From contig JBPOGF010000003.1 of NCBI GenBank assembly GCA_051251915.1, positions 64,001-128,000 of the forward strand: a DNA stretch of 64,000 nucleotides, given 5' to 3'. The position numbers were made by a program, and so were the translations under genes. A model generated the notes under the pieces. It was given only the letters and a program-made list of their open reading frames with translations, did no database searches and was not told the DNA's origin. Below are positions 1-8,980 of this stretch, one piece after another; positions within the stretch are counted from its first letter, which is position 1; each line of letters opens with the position of its first letter. The DNA is from Akkermansiaceae bacterium. Lineage in GTDB: Bacteria > Verrucomicrobiota > Verrucomicrobiia > Verrucomicrobiales > Akkermansiaceae.

Positions 1-1510
1 CGGTGATTAGGTTTTTGTCATGGGTGCCTTTTCCGGTGATGTAGAGTTGTTTCTTAGGGAGGGCGTAGGTGAGCATGAAGGTGGAGGTGGAGTCCCATCC
101 TGAGTAGGAGTTTTCGCCTTTGCCGGAGTTGGCTCCGCCTTGGTAGGGGAATTCTCCTTTCCAGGTGCGGTTGAGGTCGTAGAACCAGTCTTGCTGGTTG
201 AGGAATGCGGTGGTGGCTGCATTTCCTGCGCGCTGGCTGCCGAGTGGGCCCCATTGGTAGCTGAAGTAGTTGCCGGTGTGGCCGCGCTCTCTTTCGCCGT
301 ATGAGGCGACGGTCATGGCGGAGAAGAACTTGCTCTCGGCGTTCATGTCTTGGAGGTCGAAGATGATGGCGGCCATGGAGTTTTTGCCGTTGTCGTCATG
401 GCGGTCTGAGTTAGGGAAGTGGTCGCCGTAGGGGATGGAGCCTTTGCCGGAGTAGAAGCCGATGAATTTGTTGGCTTTTTTGATGGCGGTGGAGATTTCG
501 TCGTTGGTGACGTTGCATTTCTCGGCTAGGACGAGTGACATGTGGCAGACGAGGCCGGCGGAATTTAGTGCTCCGTATCCCATGAGTGAGCCGTGGAATT
601 TTCCTTTATTTAGCTCTGGCCATGCCATGGAGTGTCCCCATGAGCCGATGAAGCTTTGGCCTTTGGCGATGCTGGTGGAGTATTCTTTGATGGCTGGGAG
701 GATGGCTTTGTCGCCTGTGGCGAGGTAGTATTCTGAGAGGAAGAGGTTGGTGTATCCCCAGCCCCAAGAGACCATGCCTGTCTGGGCGGAGAGCTCTAGT
801 TTGAGGTCTGCTGGTGCGTAGGCGTGGGCGTATTTCTGGATGAGTTCGAGGTATTTAGAATTTCCTGATGCGAGTAGGGCGAGGAGGTCATTGAGCTCGA
901 TGATCTGGGTGCTGCTGTATCTGGTTCTGCCGCCTTTGCTGAGCCATGAGGGGTCGTTGAGGGAGGCTAGATTATTTTCAAGTTTGGCGGCGATGAACTC
1001 GCAGCCGGCTTCTAGGATGGAGGCTGATTTTGGGCAATCGTAGGGTGAGGTGGCGCTGCGTGCGCCGAGGGGTTTGAGCTGGAGGGTGACGTTTTCTGTT
1101 TTGCCGTCTCTCCATCTGACGAGTGAGAGTTTGCCATCGGTGGATTCTGCGGTAGCGATGGCGGTTCCTAGTATATGGCGCGGGTCTTGATCAAATTTTA
1201 CATCATTGATGCCGAGAATGATGTCACCTTTTTGGAACGTGCCGTCTGCGGGTGAGTTTTTGTCTACTTTGGTGATGAAGATTTGGTCGGCTTTGGTGGT
1301 TTCTAGCTTCCATCCCCACATCCATCCGCGCAGACCTGTGGGTCCGAGGTTCCAGTCGTGTTTATCGCCTATTTTGTCTCCCTTGGTAAAGTCTGGGACG
1401 GGGTCGAGAGTGGATTTTGGGGCACTGTAGAGCGGTAGGGTGAGGCTGGCGCTGGCGAGTGCTAGGGCGATAATTTTGTTGGTGATGTTGGTGGATGAAT
1501 GCAGTTTCAT
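1..1510 (-). CDS. Secreted DUF6288-type protein (N-terminal PDZ-like region plus helical domain); 3' end runs off the window
   Basis: Not in the ORF track because it has no stop in the window. Manual translation from ATG at 1510: MKLHSSTNITNKIIALALASASLTLPLYSAPKS...HDWNLGPTGLRGWMWG...ITKVDKNSPADG...GDIILGIN...SWAWGYTNLFLSEYYLATGD...GSIPYGDH...HDDNGKNS...GHTGNYFS. These motifs are typical of the Verrucomicrobia/Planctomycetes DUF6288 family. Confidence 0.75.
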   Translation of the reverse strand, partial: MKLHSSTNITNKIIALALASASLTLPLYSAPKSTLDPVPDFTKGDKIGDKHDWNLGPTGLRGWMWGWKLETTKADQIFITKVDKNSPADGTFQKGDIILGINDVKFDQDPRHILGTAIATAESTDGKLSLVRWRDGKTENVTLQLKPLGARSATSPYDCPKSASILEAGCEFIAAKLENNLASLNDPSWLSKGGRTRYSSTQIIELNDLLALLASGNSKYLELIQKYAHAYAPADLKLELSAQTGMVSWGWGYTNLFLSEYYLATGDKAILPAIKEYSTSIAKGQSFIGSWGHSMAWPELNKGKFHGSLMGYGALNSAGLVCHMSLVLAEKCNVTNDEISTAIKKANKFIGFYSGKGSIPYGDHFPNSDRHDDNGKNSMAAIIFDLQDMNAESKFFSAMTVASYGERERGHTGNYFSYQWGPLGSQRAGNAATTAFLNQQDWFYDLNRTWKGEFPYQGGANSGKGENSYSGWDSTSTFMLTYALPKKQLYITGKGTHDKNLIT

Positions 1511-1563
1511 GACGTTATTACTTTTAAGATGTGTTTTGGATACGGGAGGGGTGGTGTGATTTA

Positions 1564-2739
1564 TTAGATCCAGGTGACTTCTGGGGGCATGTTGACGAAT
1601 GTGCCGTCGATGCAGAATGGCTTGCCGTCTAGGGTGACGCGTGAGCCTTCGCCGAGTGAGGCGATGAGGTCCCAGTGGAGGGCGCTTTTGTTGGTGTTAC
1701 CGGTTTCTGGGTAGCCTGCGCCGAAGGCGAGGTGGAATGAGCCTCCCATTTTTTCATCATAGAGGATCTGGCCGGTGGCGCGGTCGATGGCGCGGTTGGT
1801 TCCGAAGGCGACTTCGCCGATGCGGCTGGCTCCTTCGTCTTGCTTGAGCATGGAGATGAGGAAGTCTTCGCCTTGGTCAGCGGTGACTTCTGTGGCGACT
1901 CCGTTTTCCATGACGATGCGGGCATTCTGGACGGCGTGGCCTTGGTAGACGCAGCGTTTGTCGAAGACGACGACTCCGTTGGCACCGCCGTTAGGGGCGT
2001 TGAGGTTGGGGCCTGAGTAGACTTCTCCGTCTGGGAAATTTTTGCGGCCTGGGCTGGAGAGCCAGCGCATGTTCTCGATATTTACGGTGAGGTCTGTGCC
2101 GGCTGGGGTGTGGAAGTGGAGTTCGCTGCCGGTCATGAGGCTTTCTGCGAGTTGGGTCTGCCAGCGGTCGAGTTCTTGCCAGAATGCGACTGGGTCTTCG
2201 TGGTCGAGCTGGCAGGCTTTGATGACGAATTGGGAGTAGTCCTTGAGGCTCATGCCGGCGTCTTGGGCGTAGGCATTGGTAGGGTATAGAGTGGTGGTCC
2301 AGAGGAGGGGCTTGAGGTCGGTGTTGATGGTGGGATCATCTGCGACGGCGGCGCGCTGGAAGAAGAGTTCGCGGTTGGCTTTGTTGGCACGGGCGGCGCG
2401 CTGGGGGATAGCGGGGTCGAACTTATCCATGGTGCGGAGGTTGGTGTTGGCTCCGAGGTTGATGGTGGCGTCTACGAGCTCGGTCTCTAGTTTGGCGATG
2501 GGGTTTTCCCAGTCGAGTTGGTCACCGTTTGCGAGTTCGTAGTAGGTTTCGGTGAGTGATTCTGGCGCGCATTTGACGATGGGTAGGCCACCGGCTTCGA
2601 GGACTTTGCGGTAGACTGCTTCGAGTAGTGGAGTGGCTTCTGGTTGAGCGGTGATGCGGACGACGGTTCCGGGCTGGATGTTGGTGGCGTGTCGGACGAG
2701 GACATCTGCCCAGCGTGTGAGGTGTTGGTTGGTTAGCAT
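1564..2739 (-). CDS. Aminopeptidase, M29 (AmpS/AmpT-like) family
   Basis: 391 aa; motifs NFPDGEVY, IGEVAFG, ILYDEKMGGSFHLAFGAGY, SALHWDLI. Confidence 0.9.
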   Translation of the reverse strand: MLTNQHLTRWADVLVRHATNIQPGTVVRITAQPEATPLLEAVYRKVLEAGGLPIVKCAPESLTETYYELANGDQLDWENPIAKLETELVDATINLGANTNLRTMDKFDPAIPQRAARANKANRELFFQRAAVADDPTINTDLKPLLWTTTLYPTNAYAQDAGMSLKDYSQFVIKACQLDHEDPVAFWQELDRWQTQLAESLMTGSELHFHTPAGTDLTVNIENMRWLSSPGRKNFPDGEVYSGPNLNAPNGGANGVVVFDKRCVYQGHAVQNARIVMENGVATEVTADQGEDFLISMLKQDEGASRIGEVAFGTNRAIDRATGQILYDEKMGGSFHLAFGAGYPETGNTNKSALHWDLIASLGEGSRVTLDGKPFCIDGTFVNMPPEVTWI

Positions 2740-3152
2740 GTGTGGTGTTGTTTGGTGAAATGTTTGAACAAGGGAGGTAAATTAAGAGTGTTGCTCGAAG
2801 CTATAGCAGATCATCTGCCATTATAAAGTCTCTGGATAAAAAGATCAGCTTTCGTAACGTTTATTACGACGTATTAACTAAGGAAATTGATACTCGGTCA
2901 AAATTTTACGAGAATCTCCTAGGGTTAGAAATTGACCCTGTAGCAAGATTCTGGCTGTGGAAATGAAATAATGAGTATATAAGGGGTAAAAATTGACCCA
3001 TTAGTTTATTATTTTATCTGTTATTCTCTGGTATGAGAATATTTATTGTGCACAATACCAAATACAAGGTGCGCTTTCATGTAGGACGAATTTTCTAATT
3101 CTAAATGACTGCGGACTTTTCATACACACAATAAAATCAATTATAAAAACTT

Positions 3153-3884
3153 ATGAAAACTAAAGGACTAATAAAAAAAGGAATCCTGGCTCTAGCGGTA
3201 AGCTGCTCTAGTGCACAGGCTGGAATCGTTTTAGGGACGACTGAGCCATCTGCTGATGTCTTGGTCGATGAGATCTACGGGACTCTACGAGTTAATACGA
3301 TCATCAACTCTACAGCATCTCAGGGATCACGTGGTAGCGGATTTTCAGTAGCAGGTACTGGGCAATTTGACATTTCAGCCATTGTTATAGATGCGGGAGG
3401 TAACGGTGCTTTGGCTACAGGGTTCGAGTTTACTGTCTCCATCATACAAGCAGCTAGTGGTGAGACTGCTTACGACCAAACATTTACTGCAGTGGGTGGA
3501 TCTAGTGTGACTAATGCTCAATTTACTTCAGCAATAGGCGGCAGTCTTGTCGGTGAGGAAACTTTTGCGGCAGATGGGTTGGTAACGGCAGCTAATCAAT
3601 ACCTCACATTTGAATTCACTAATGCGATACAAGTAGATGCAGGTACCGAGTATGCAGTGATGATACAGACCAATGGACTGTTTAATCAACGTGAAGGTAA
3701 TAACGTAACAGGTGATTTGAACAGAATTTTGTTTAATACTGCTTCAACACAGACCCCTGATTCGTCCACAGATGGGAGTAGAGGACTACGCTTCTCTGTT
3801 TTAGGAACAGCCGTTCCAGAGCCGTCATCAACAGCACTTTTAGGTCTTGGGGGGCTTGCTTTGATCTTACGTCGACGTAAGTAA
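3153..3884 (+). CDS. PEP-CTERM sorting domain protein
   Basis: Signal peptide; C-terminus VPEPSSTALLGLGGLALILRRRK. Confidence 0.93.
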   Translation: MKTKGLIKKGILALAVSCSSAQAGIVLGTTEPSADVLVDEIYGTLRVNTIINSTASQGSRGSGFSVAGTGQFDISAIVIDAGGNGALATGFEFTVSIIQAASGETAYDQTFTAVGGSSVTNAQFTSAIGGSLVGEETFAADGLVTAANQYLTFEFTNAIQVDAGTEYAVMIQTNGLFNQREGNNVTGDLNRILFNTASTQTPDSSTDGSRGLRFSVLGTAVPEPSSTALLGLGGLALILRRRK

Positions 3885-3918
3885 GGGGTATTCCTTATTT
3901 GAACTTAAACATTTCAAC

Positions 3919-3950
3919 CACCTTTGCTTTTTTGCGAGGGTGTTTTTTTT
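3919..3950 (+). terminator. Rho-independent terminator after the PEP-CTERM gene
   Basis: cacctttgc/gcgagggtg stem (with G-U pairs) followed by T8. Confidence 0.7.
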
Positions 3951-4021
3951 GGTTTATTAAAATGAGTCATGAACATGATCAAATTATTGTATTGGGGTTT
4001 TAATTTTGATAAGTTTTGAGG

Positions 4022-5572
4022 ATGATGAAAAAACTATTTAGTAGTGTGTTGGTTTGTGGGGTGTTGTCGGCTTCTGGGTTGATGGCGGATGGTGAGGAGA
4101 AGCGTCCTAACATTTTGTTTATTCTTGCGGATGATCAGTCGCCGTTTGATCTGAAGGTTTATGATGCGGGGTCGAAGTTGGAGACGCCGGTGTTGGATAA
4201 GTTGGCGGCTGAGGGGATGGTGTTTGATGGTGCTCATCAGATGGGTGCATGGGTTGGGGCGGTGTGTACGCCGTCGCGGCATATGATTATGTCTGGGCGG
4301 ACGGTGTGGCATCTTCCTGGGAAAAAGAGCCGTAATCCACTGACTGCAGATCCTAAGTATGTGCCGACTGATCTGGCGGATCATACGATGGCACCGGTGT
4401 TTAATGCGGCGGGGTATGATACGATGCGGACTTGTAAGAAGGGGAATAGCTATGGTGCGGCGAATAAGAAATTCACGGTGGTGCATGATGCTACTAAGCG
4501 CGGGGGGACTGATGAGTCTGGGAGTGGTTGGCATGGTGAGAGGGTGCTGGAGTATCTGAAGGAACGGGAGGCTAGTAAGGATAGTGATCCATTTTTGATC
4601 TACTTCGGGTTCTCTCATCCGCATGATACACGAGATGGGAAGCCTGAGTTGCTGGCGAAGTATGGGGCGGTGAATCATAAGGATGAGACGAAATTGCCGA
4701 AGTTGAATGCTAAGCAACCGCCATTGCCGGTGAATTACTTGCCGAAACATCCATTTGATAATACGCATATGAATGTGAGGGATGAGGTGAGAGTGAGCGG
4801 TGTCTGGAAGAACCGCGATGAGAGTACGATTCGGAATGAGTTGGGGCGTGAGTTTGCCTGTAGTGAGAATATTGATATTCAGGTTGGTAAGGTTTTAGCT
4901 CAGCTTGAGGCGATGGGTGAGCTGGATAATACGTATATTATTTATACTGCGGATCATGGGATGGCGATTGGTCGTCATGGGTTGCAGGGGAAGCAGAATC
5001 TTTATGAGCATACATTTAGGGTTCCGTTTATTGTGAAGGGGCCTGGGATCAAGCCGGGGACGCGTGCTAGGGGTAATGTTTATCTGTTGGATGTGCTGGC
5101 TACGCTTTGTGATCTGACTGGCGTGAAGCCGCCTGAGACGAATCAGGGGATTAGTATGAAGCCGATTTTGATGGGTGAGAAGGAGAGTGTGCGGGATGTG
5201 CTGTATGGGGTTTATTGTGGTGGTGACTTGCCTGGGATGCGGTGTGTGAAGAAGGATGGATGGAAGCTGATTCAGTATGAGTCAACGAAGTCTGGTGCGA
5301 AGTCTACTCAGTTGTTTAATCTGAGGGAAAACCCTAATGAATTGATCGAACAGCATCATTCGGCTGAGGTGATAGAGCTAACAAAACATACCCCTAACGA
5401 GAACCAGAAGAACTTAGCGGGTGATCCCGCGTATGCTGAGAAGTTGAAGGAGATGCAGGCTGTTTTGTTAGAAGAGATGCGTGGGCATAATGATCCGTAT
5501 CGCTTTTCAAACCAGCCTGATGACGGATTGAAGAAGCCTGATGCAGCTGCGAAAAAGAAAAAGAAGAAGTGA
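4022..5572 (+). CDS. Formylglycine-dependent sulfatase (S1), secreted
   Basis: RPNILFILADDQ, CTPSR signature, TADHG, GKQNLYE, RVPFI; signal peptide. ATG at 4022 preferred over TTG at 4016. Confidence 0.93.
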   Translation: MMKKLFSSVLVCGVLSASGLMADGEEKRPNILFILADDQSPFDLKVYDAGSKLETPVLDKLAAEGMVFDGAHQMGAWVGAVCTPSRHMIMSGRTVWHLPGKKSRNPLTADPKYVPTDLADHTMAPVFNAAGYDTMRTCKKGNSYGAANKKFTVVHDATKRGGTDESGSGWHGERVLEYLKEREASKDSDPFLIYFGFSHPHDTRDGKPELLAKYGAVNHKDETKLPKLNAKQPPLPVNYLPKHPFDNTHMNVRDEVRVSGVWKNRDESTIRNELGREFACSENIDIQVGKVLAQLEAMGELDNTYIIYTADHGMAIGRHGLQGKQNLYEHTFRVPFIVKGPGIKPGTRARGNVYLLDVLATLCDLTGVKPPETNQGISMKPILMGEKESVRDVLYGVYCGGDLPGMRCVKKDGWKLIQYESTKSGAKSTQLFNLRENPNELIEQHHSAEVIELTKHTPNENQKNLAGDPAYAEKLKEMQAVLLEEMRGHNDPYRFSNQPDDGLKKPDAAAKKKKKK

Positions 5573-5602
5573 AAACCAATCACTATTTAACAACTTACTA
5601 AG

Positions 5603-5641
5603 AAAAAAGCCGCTCTATGCAGATAGAGCGGCTTTGATTTT
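5603..5641. terminator. Bidirectional terminator between the convergent sulfatase and PEP-CTERM genes
   Basis: Perfect 13-bp stem aaagccgctctat-gcag-atagagcggcttt with A/T tracts on both sides. Confidence 0.85.
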
Positions 5642-5671
5642 AAAAGAGTTTACGTAAGGCGTTAGGAATAA

Positions 5672-6676
5672 TTATTTCCTACGGCGTAGCATGAAGGCAA
5701 GTCCTCCAAGGCCGAGAAGGGCAGTGGATGAAGGCTCTGGAACTAAGCGAACTTGTAGATCGGAACCGACCACTTGTTTTTCCCAACCTGCAGAAGTAGC
5801 AGCTGAGCTAAGAGCAAGGCCATTGTCAGTGAGAGCACCTTCCCAAGACATGACAGTTTGCCAGACGTTGGTTACAGCACCACCTGCATCATAGAGGTCC
5901 AGAATAGAGCCTGATTCGAAGGTTACGTTTCCGGCTCCTACGCCTGTGCCAGTGGTTACATCAACTAAGATGAGTGTTGAACCTCCTGCATCGAGTCCTA
6001 GTTTTAGTGTTCCTCCAGAGGCCTGATTCCAAGATCCATCAAGAGATCCATTAGAGCCGATTCCAATGGTGGAGGCATTACTGCCGACTACGCTAAACGT
6101 ACCACCGCCGCCTACACCAACTCCAATACGAGAGGTAAATGATCCACCTGATATTTCGTAAAGTCCAGTGGCTCCACCAACTCCGACTTCCATTGAGGAG
6201 CCACCTGCGATGCCCATGAAGGAATTACCTCCACGAGATGCAGCAAAGCTACCATCAGTTTGAGTAATTGTGCCGTTACCTGCAGCACCGTTACCCACTA
6301 CGACGATGTGACCTACGTTATATACGGTGGAAGCTCCAGATACATTGACTGTGCCAGTGCTTCCGTTACCTATATAATTACGTGTGGTGTTTCCAGAAGC
6401 ACTATCAGAGTGATTACCAGCAGTAATGTTAAGTGTTGCCCCACCTTCAACGTTGATTCGATTAGAGTTACTGTCTACTGTACGGTCGACGGTGAAAAGA
6501 CCGTTGATAGTTGCTGTTGTACCAGCAGCTGGTGCTAGATCATCATCCCAGTTTAAAGCGGTCGAATATTCTGTGTCTGCGCCACCTCCGTCCCAAAGCG
6601 CAGCTTGTGCGTTAGATGCCACGAGGACACCACTGAGGGCACCTATGGTTAATATGTTGAGTTTTGATTTTTTCAT
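5672..6676 (-). CDS. PEP-CTERM sorting domain protein, Gly-rich beta-helix/passenger-like body
   Basis: Signal peptide ending AQA; WDGGG...NW motif; C-terminus VPEPSSTALLGLGGLAFMLRRRK. Confidence 0.93.
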   Translation of the reverse strand: MKKSKLNILTIGALSGVLVASNAQAALWDGGGADTEYSTALNWDDDLAPAAGTTATINGLFTVDRTVDSNSNRINVEGGATLNITAGNHSDSASGNTTRNYIGNGSTGTVNVSGASTVYNVGHIVVVGNGAAGNGTITQTDGSFAASRGGNSFMGIAGGSSMEVGVGGATGLYEISGGSFTSRIGVGVGGGGTFSVVGSNASTIGIGSNGSLDGSWNQASGGTLKLGLDAGGSTLILVDVTTGTGVGAGNVTFESGSILDLYDAGGAVTNVWQTVMSWEGALTDNGLALSSAATSAGWEKQVVGSDLQVRLVPEPSSTALLGLGGLAFMLRRRK

Positions 6677-7143
6677 AATTATTTTTGCTTTCTATTGTTT
6701 TTATCAAAGGCTCTATTCAATGAGCCTATGTTAGAGTGCAAATGAGTCTATAGGGAGGTAGCTAGCATTCAATCTATTTTCTAGTAATCGTGTTTGAATA
6801 GACGTTTGGCTAAGCATAAGAATGACAGTAATTTATGACTTAAGTGTGTAATGCGATCGTAGTGTCATTACTTAATTAATTTGATAGTATGTGGCTTTTT
6901 TTGTGGTTAACTTATTTATAGTGAGTATGATATGAGTTTGTGTTTTGAGTGAGTACGTCCATTGGGTAGAAAAATATGGGTTAGTCCCTAAGGGATACAT
7001 GTAATTTTAAAGCAGTTTTAGATGACTCATAGACGTAAAAAGGTAACTAATTTGGCGTGATAAGTAAAAATTTATGCCTGACTCTAAACTTGGATGTTGA
7101 ACAGATTCAATGCGTAATGTGAATTTAAGGGGTGGGTGTTTTC

Positions 7144-7905
7144 TTAGTCGGGTTTTTTCTGAGAAAATAGCCATTTCAGGACTTCTGGGTTGTTGTAGGT
7201 TCTGGTCCAGGAGTTGTGGGCTACGCCGGGGTATTCGGTGTAGTTTGGGGTGCCGCCGGCTTTTTTGATGGCGGCGATCATGTCTCTGGAGCGTGAGGTT
7301 TTGACGGCGGTGTCTTTGTCGCCGTGGAATGCCCAGATGGGGAGCTTAGTGAGTTTGGCGGCTTGGGCGGTGTCGCCTCCTCCGCAGATGGGGATGGCGG
7401 CGGCGAAGAGGTCTGGGTGCCGCTGGATGAGGTCCCAGGTGCCGAAGCCGCCCATGGAGATGCCGGTGATGTAGATGCGCTGTGGGTCTACGGGTAAGGT
7501 TTTGATTTTTTCTTGGAGCAGCTGGGTGGCGAGCTGCATGTTGGTGGATGGTTCAGGTGGCATGGTGTGGGAGAGGGCTCCCCAGGGGGCGTTGACCCAT
7601 TGATGGTTTTTGGGGCATTGGGGGGCGATGATGAAGGCGTTTTGGTTGGATTTTTCTGAGTAGTTTAGGAGTTCTTGAGCACCGTGCTTGAGTTGTTTTT
7701 GGTTGTCATTTCCTCTTTCGCCAGCGCCATGGAAGAAGAGTACGAGTGGGTAGAGTTTTTTTGGGTTTAGATCTTTGGGAATGTGGATTCGGTAGTTGAG
7801 AGATTGTTTGTCGGCAGACTCGTAGGTCATGGCTGCGAATTTCTCTTGAGCGGCGTGGGTGATGCCACAGAGTAGGAATCCAATTAATAATAGCTTCATA
7901 TCCAT
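7144..7905 (-). CDS. Secreted alpha/beta-hydrolase (esterase/phospholipase, COG4099-like)
   Basis: YPLVLFFHGAGERG, GISMGG nucleophile elbow, FHGDKD, GVAHNSW. Confidence 0.88.
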   Translation of the reverse strand: MDMKLLLIGFLLCGITHAAQEKFAAMTYESADKQSLNYRIHIPKDLNPKKLYPLVLFFHGAGERGNDNQKQLKHGAQELLNYSEKSNQNAFIIAPQCPKNHQWVNAPWGALSHTMPPEPSTNMQLATQLLQEKIKTLPVDPQRIYITGISMGGFGTWDLIQRHPDLFAAAIPICGGGDTAQAAKLTKLPIWAFHGDKDTAVKTSRSRDMIAAIKKAGGTPNYTEYPGVAHNSWTRTYNNPEVLKWLFSQKKPD

Positions 7906-8010
7906 CAGTAGATAGCGGAATATGAGGGAGTGAACGATGCTAAAATGATTTGGTCTGGCGAAAAGTTATCATTTGCCTATCGGCTATAGTCTGCAAGAGT
8001 AGATGTGCAG

Positions 8011-8979
8011 ATGGGTAATGAAGAAATAGAAGCTGGTGAGTGGGCGATAGAGGCGGAGAATATGCGGGTGGATTATGGCAATACGGTGGCGGTGAAGGGG
8101 CTGACTTTGAAGATTCCGTATGGTGAGGTTTATGGGCTGGTGGGGGCGAACGGGGCTGGGAAGACGAGTACATTTAGTGTCTGGGCGACGTTGATCAAGC
8201 CGACTTATGGGAATGTGAAAGTAGGTGGTGTGGACATCTTGGAGAATCCGGATAAGGCGAGGAAGATGATGGCTTACATGCCGGATCTGGCTCCGGTTCC
8301 TAGTGATCTCAAGGTGTGGGAGTTTTTAGATTTGTTTGCGCGGAGCTATGGATACTCTGGGCATGAGGGGAAGGAGCGGTGGACGGATTGTCTAAAGATG
8401 GTGGATCTGTGGGATAAGCGGAATGATTTTTGTAAGAATTTATCACGAGGTATGAAGCAACGTGTGAATTTAGCGAAGGCTATCATCCATAACCCGAAGG
8501 TGATCATACTAGATGAGCCGGCGAGTGGGATGGATCCGCAGTCGAGGGCTAAGTTGAGGGTGATCTTGAAGAAGATGGCTTCTCAGGGGACTACGGTGGT
8601 GGTGAGTTCGCATATTTTAAATGAGCTGAGTGACATGTGTAGCTCGGTGGGGATCTTACATCACGGGGAGTTGATCGATAATGGTGAGCTGCAGCAGGTG
8701 GTGGATAGAGGAGAGGGTGGAGAGTCGCAGATGTTGATCTTGGTAGCTGGTGAGCAGGTGGAGAAGATAGCGGAGTTGAAAAAGTTGTTAGATGAGAAGC
8801 TTGCGGATAAAAATTTAGAGGCTGTGATTATGAAAGGTGGCGTTGTTGTTACTGTGCAGGGAGGAATGGATGAACAGGCGGCATTGCTAACGCGGTTAGT
8901 GGGTGAGGGGATACAGATACGTTCCTTTGCTCCAATTGGGTCTGGGATTGAACAGAGATTAATGGAGATCAATAGATAG
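8011..8979 (+). CDS. ABC-2 type transporter ATP-binding protein
   Basis: Walker A GANGAGKT, signature LSRGMKQR, Walker B IILDEP, SSH. Confidence 0.92.
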   Translation: MGNEEIEAGEWAIEAENMRVDYGNTVAVKGLTLKIPYGEVYGLVGANGAGKTSTFSVWATLIKPTYGNVKVGGVDILENPDKARKMMAYMPDLAPVPSDLKVWEFLDLFARSYGYSGHEGKERWTDCLKMVDLWDKRNDFCKNLSRGMKQRVNLAKAIIHNPKVIILDEPASGMDPQSRAKLRVILKKMASQGTTVVVSSHILNELSDMCSSVGILHHGELIDNGELQQVVDRGEGGESQMLILVAGEQVEKIAELKKLLDEKLADKNLEAVIMKGGVVVTVQGGMDEQAALLTRLVGEGIQIRSFAPIGSGIEQRLMEINR

Positions 8980-8980
8980 T

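Noticed and set aside
4034..4768. 244-aa minus-strand ORF and the many other 60-170 aa overlapping ORFs in the track
   Set aside because: They lie antisense or out of frame within well-supported genes and have skew-driven, low-complexity composition.
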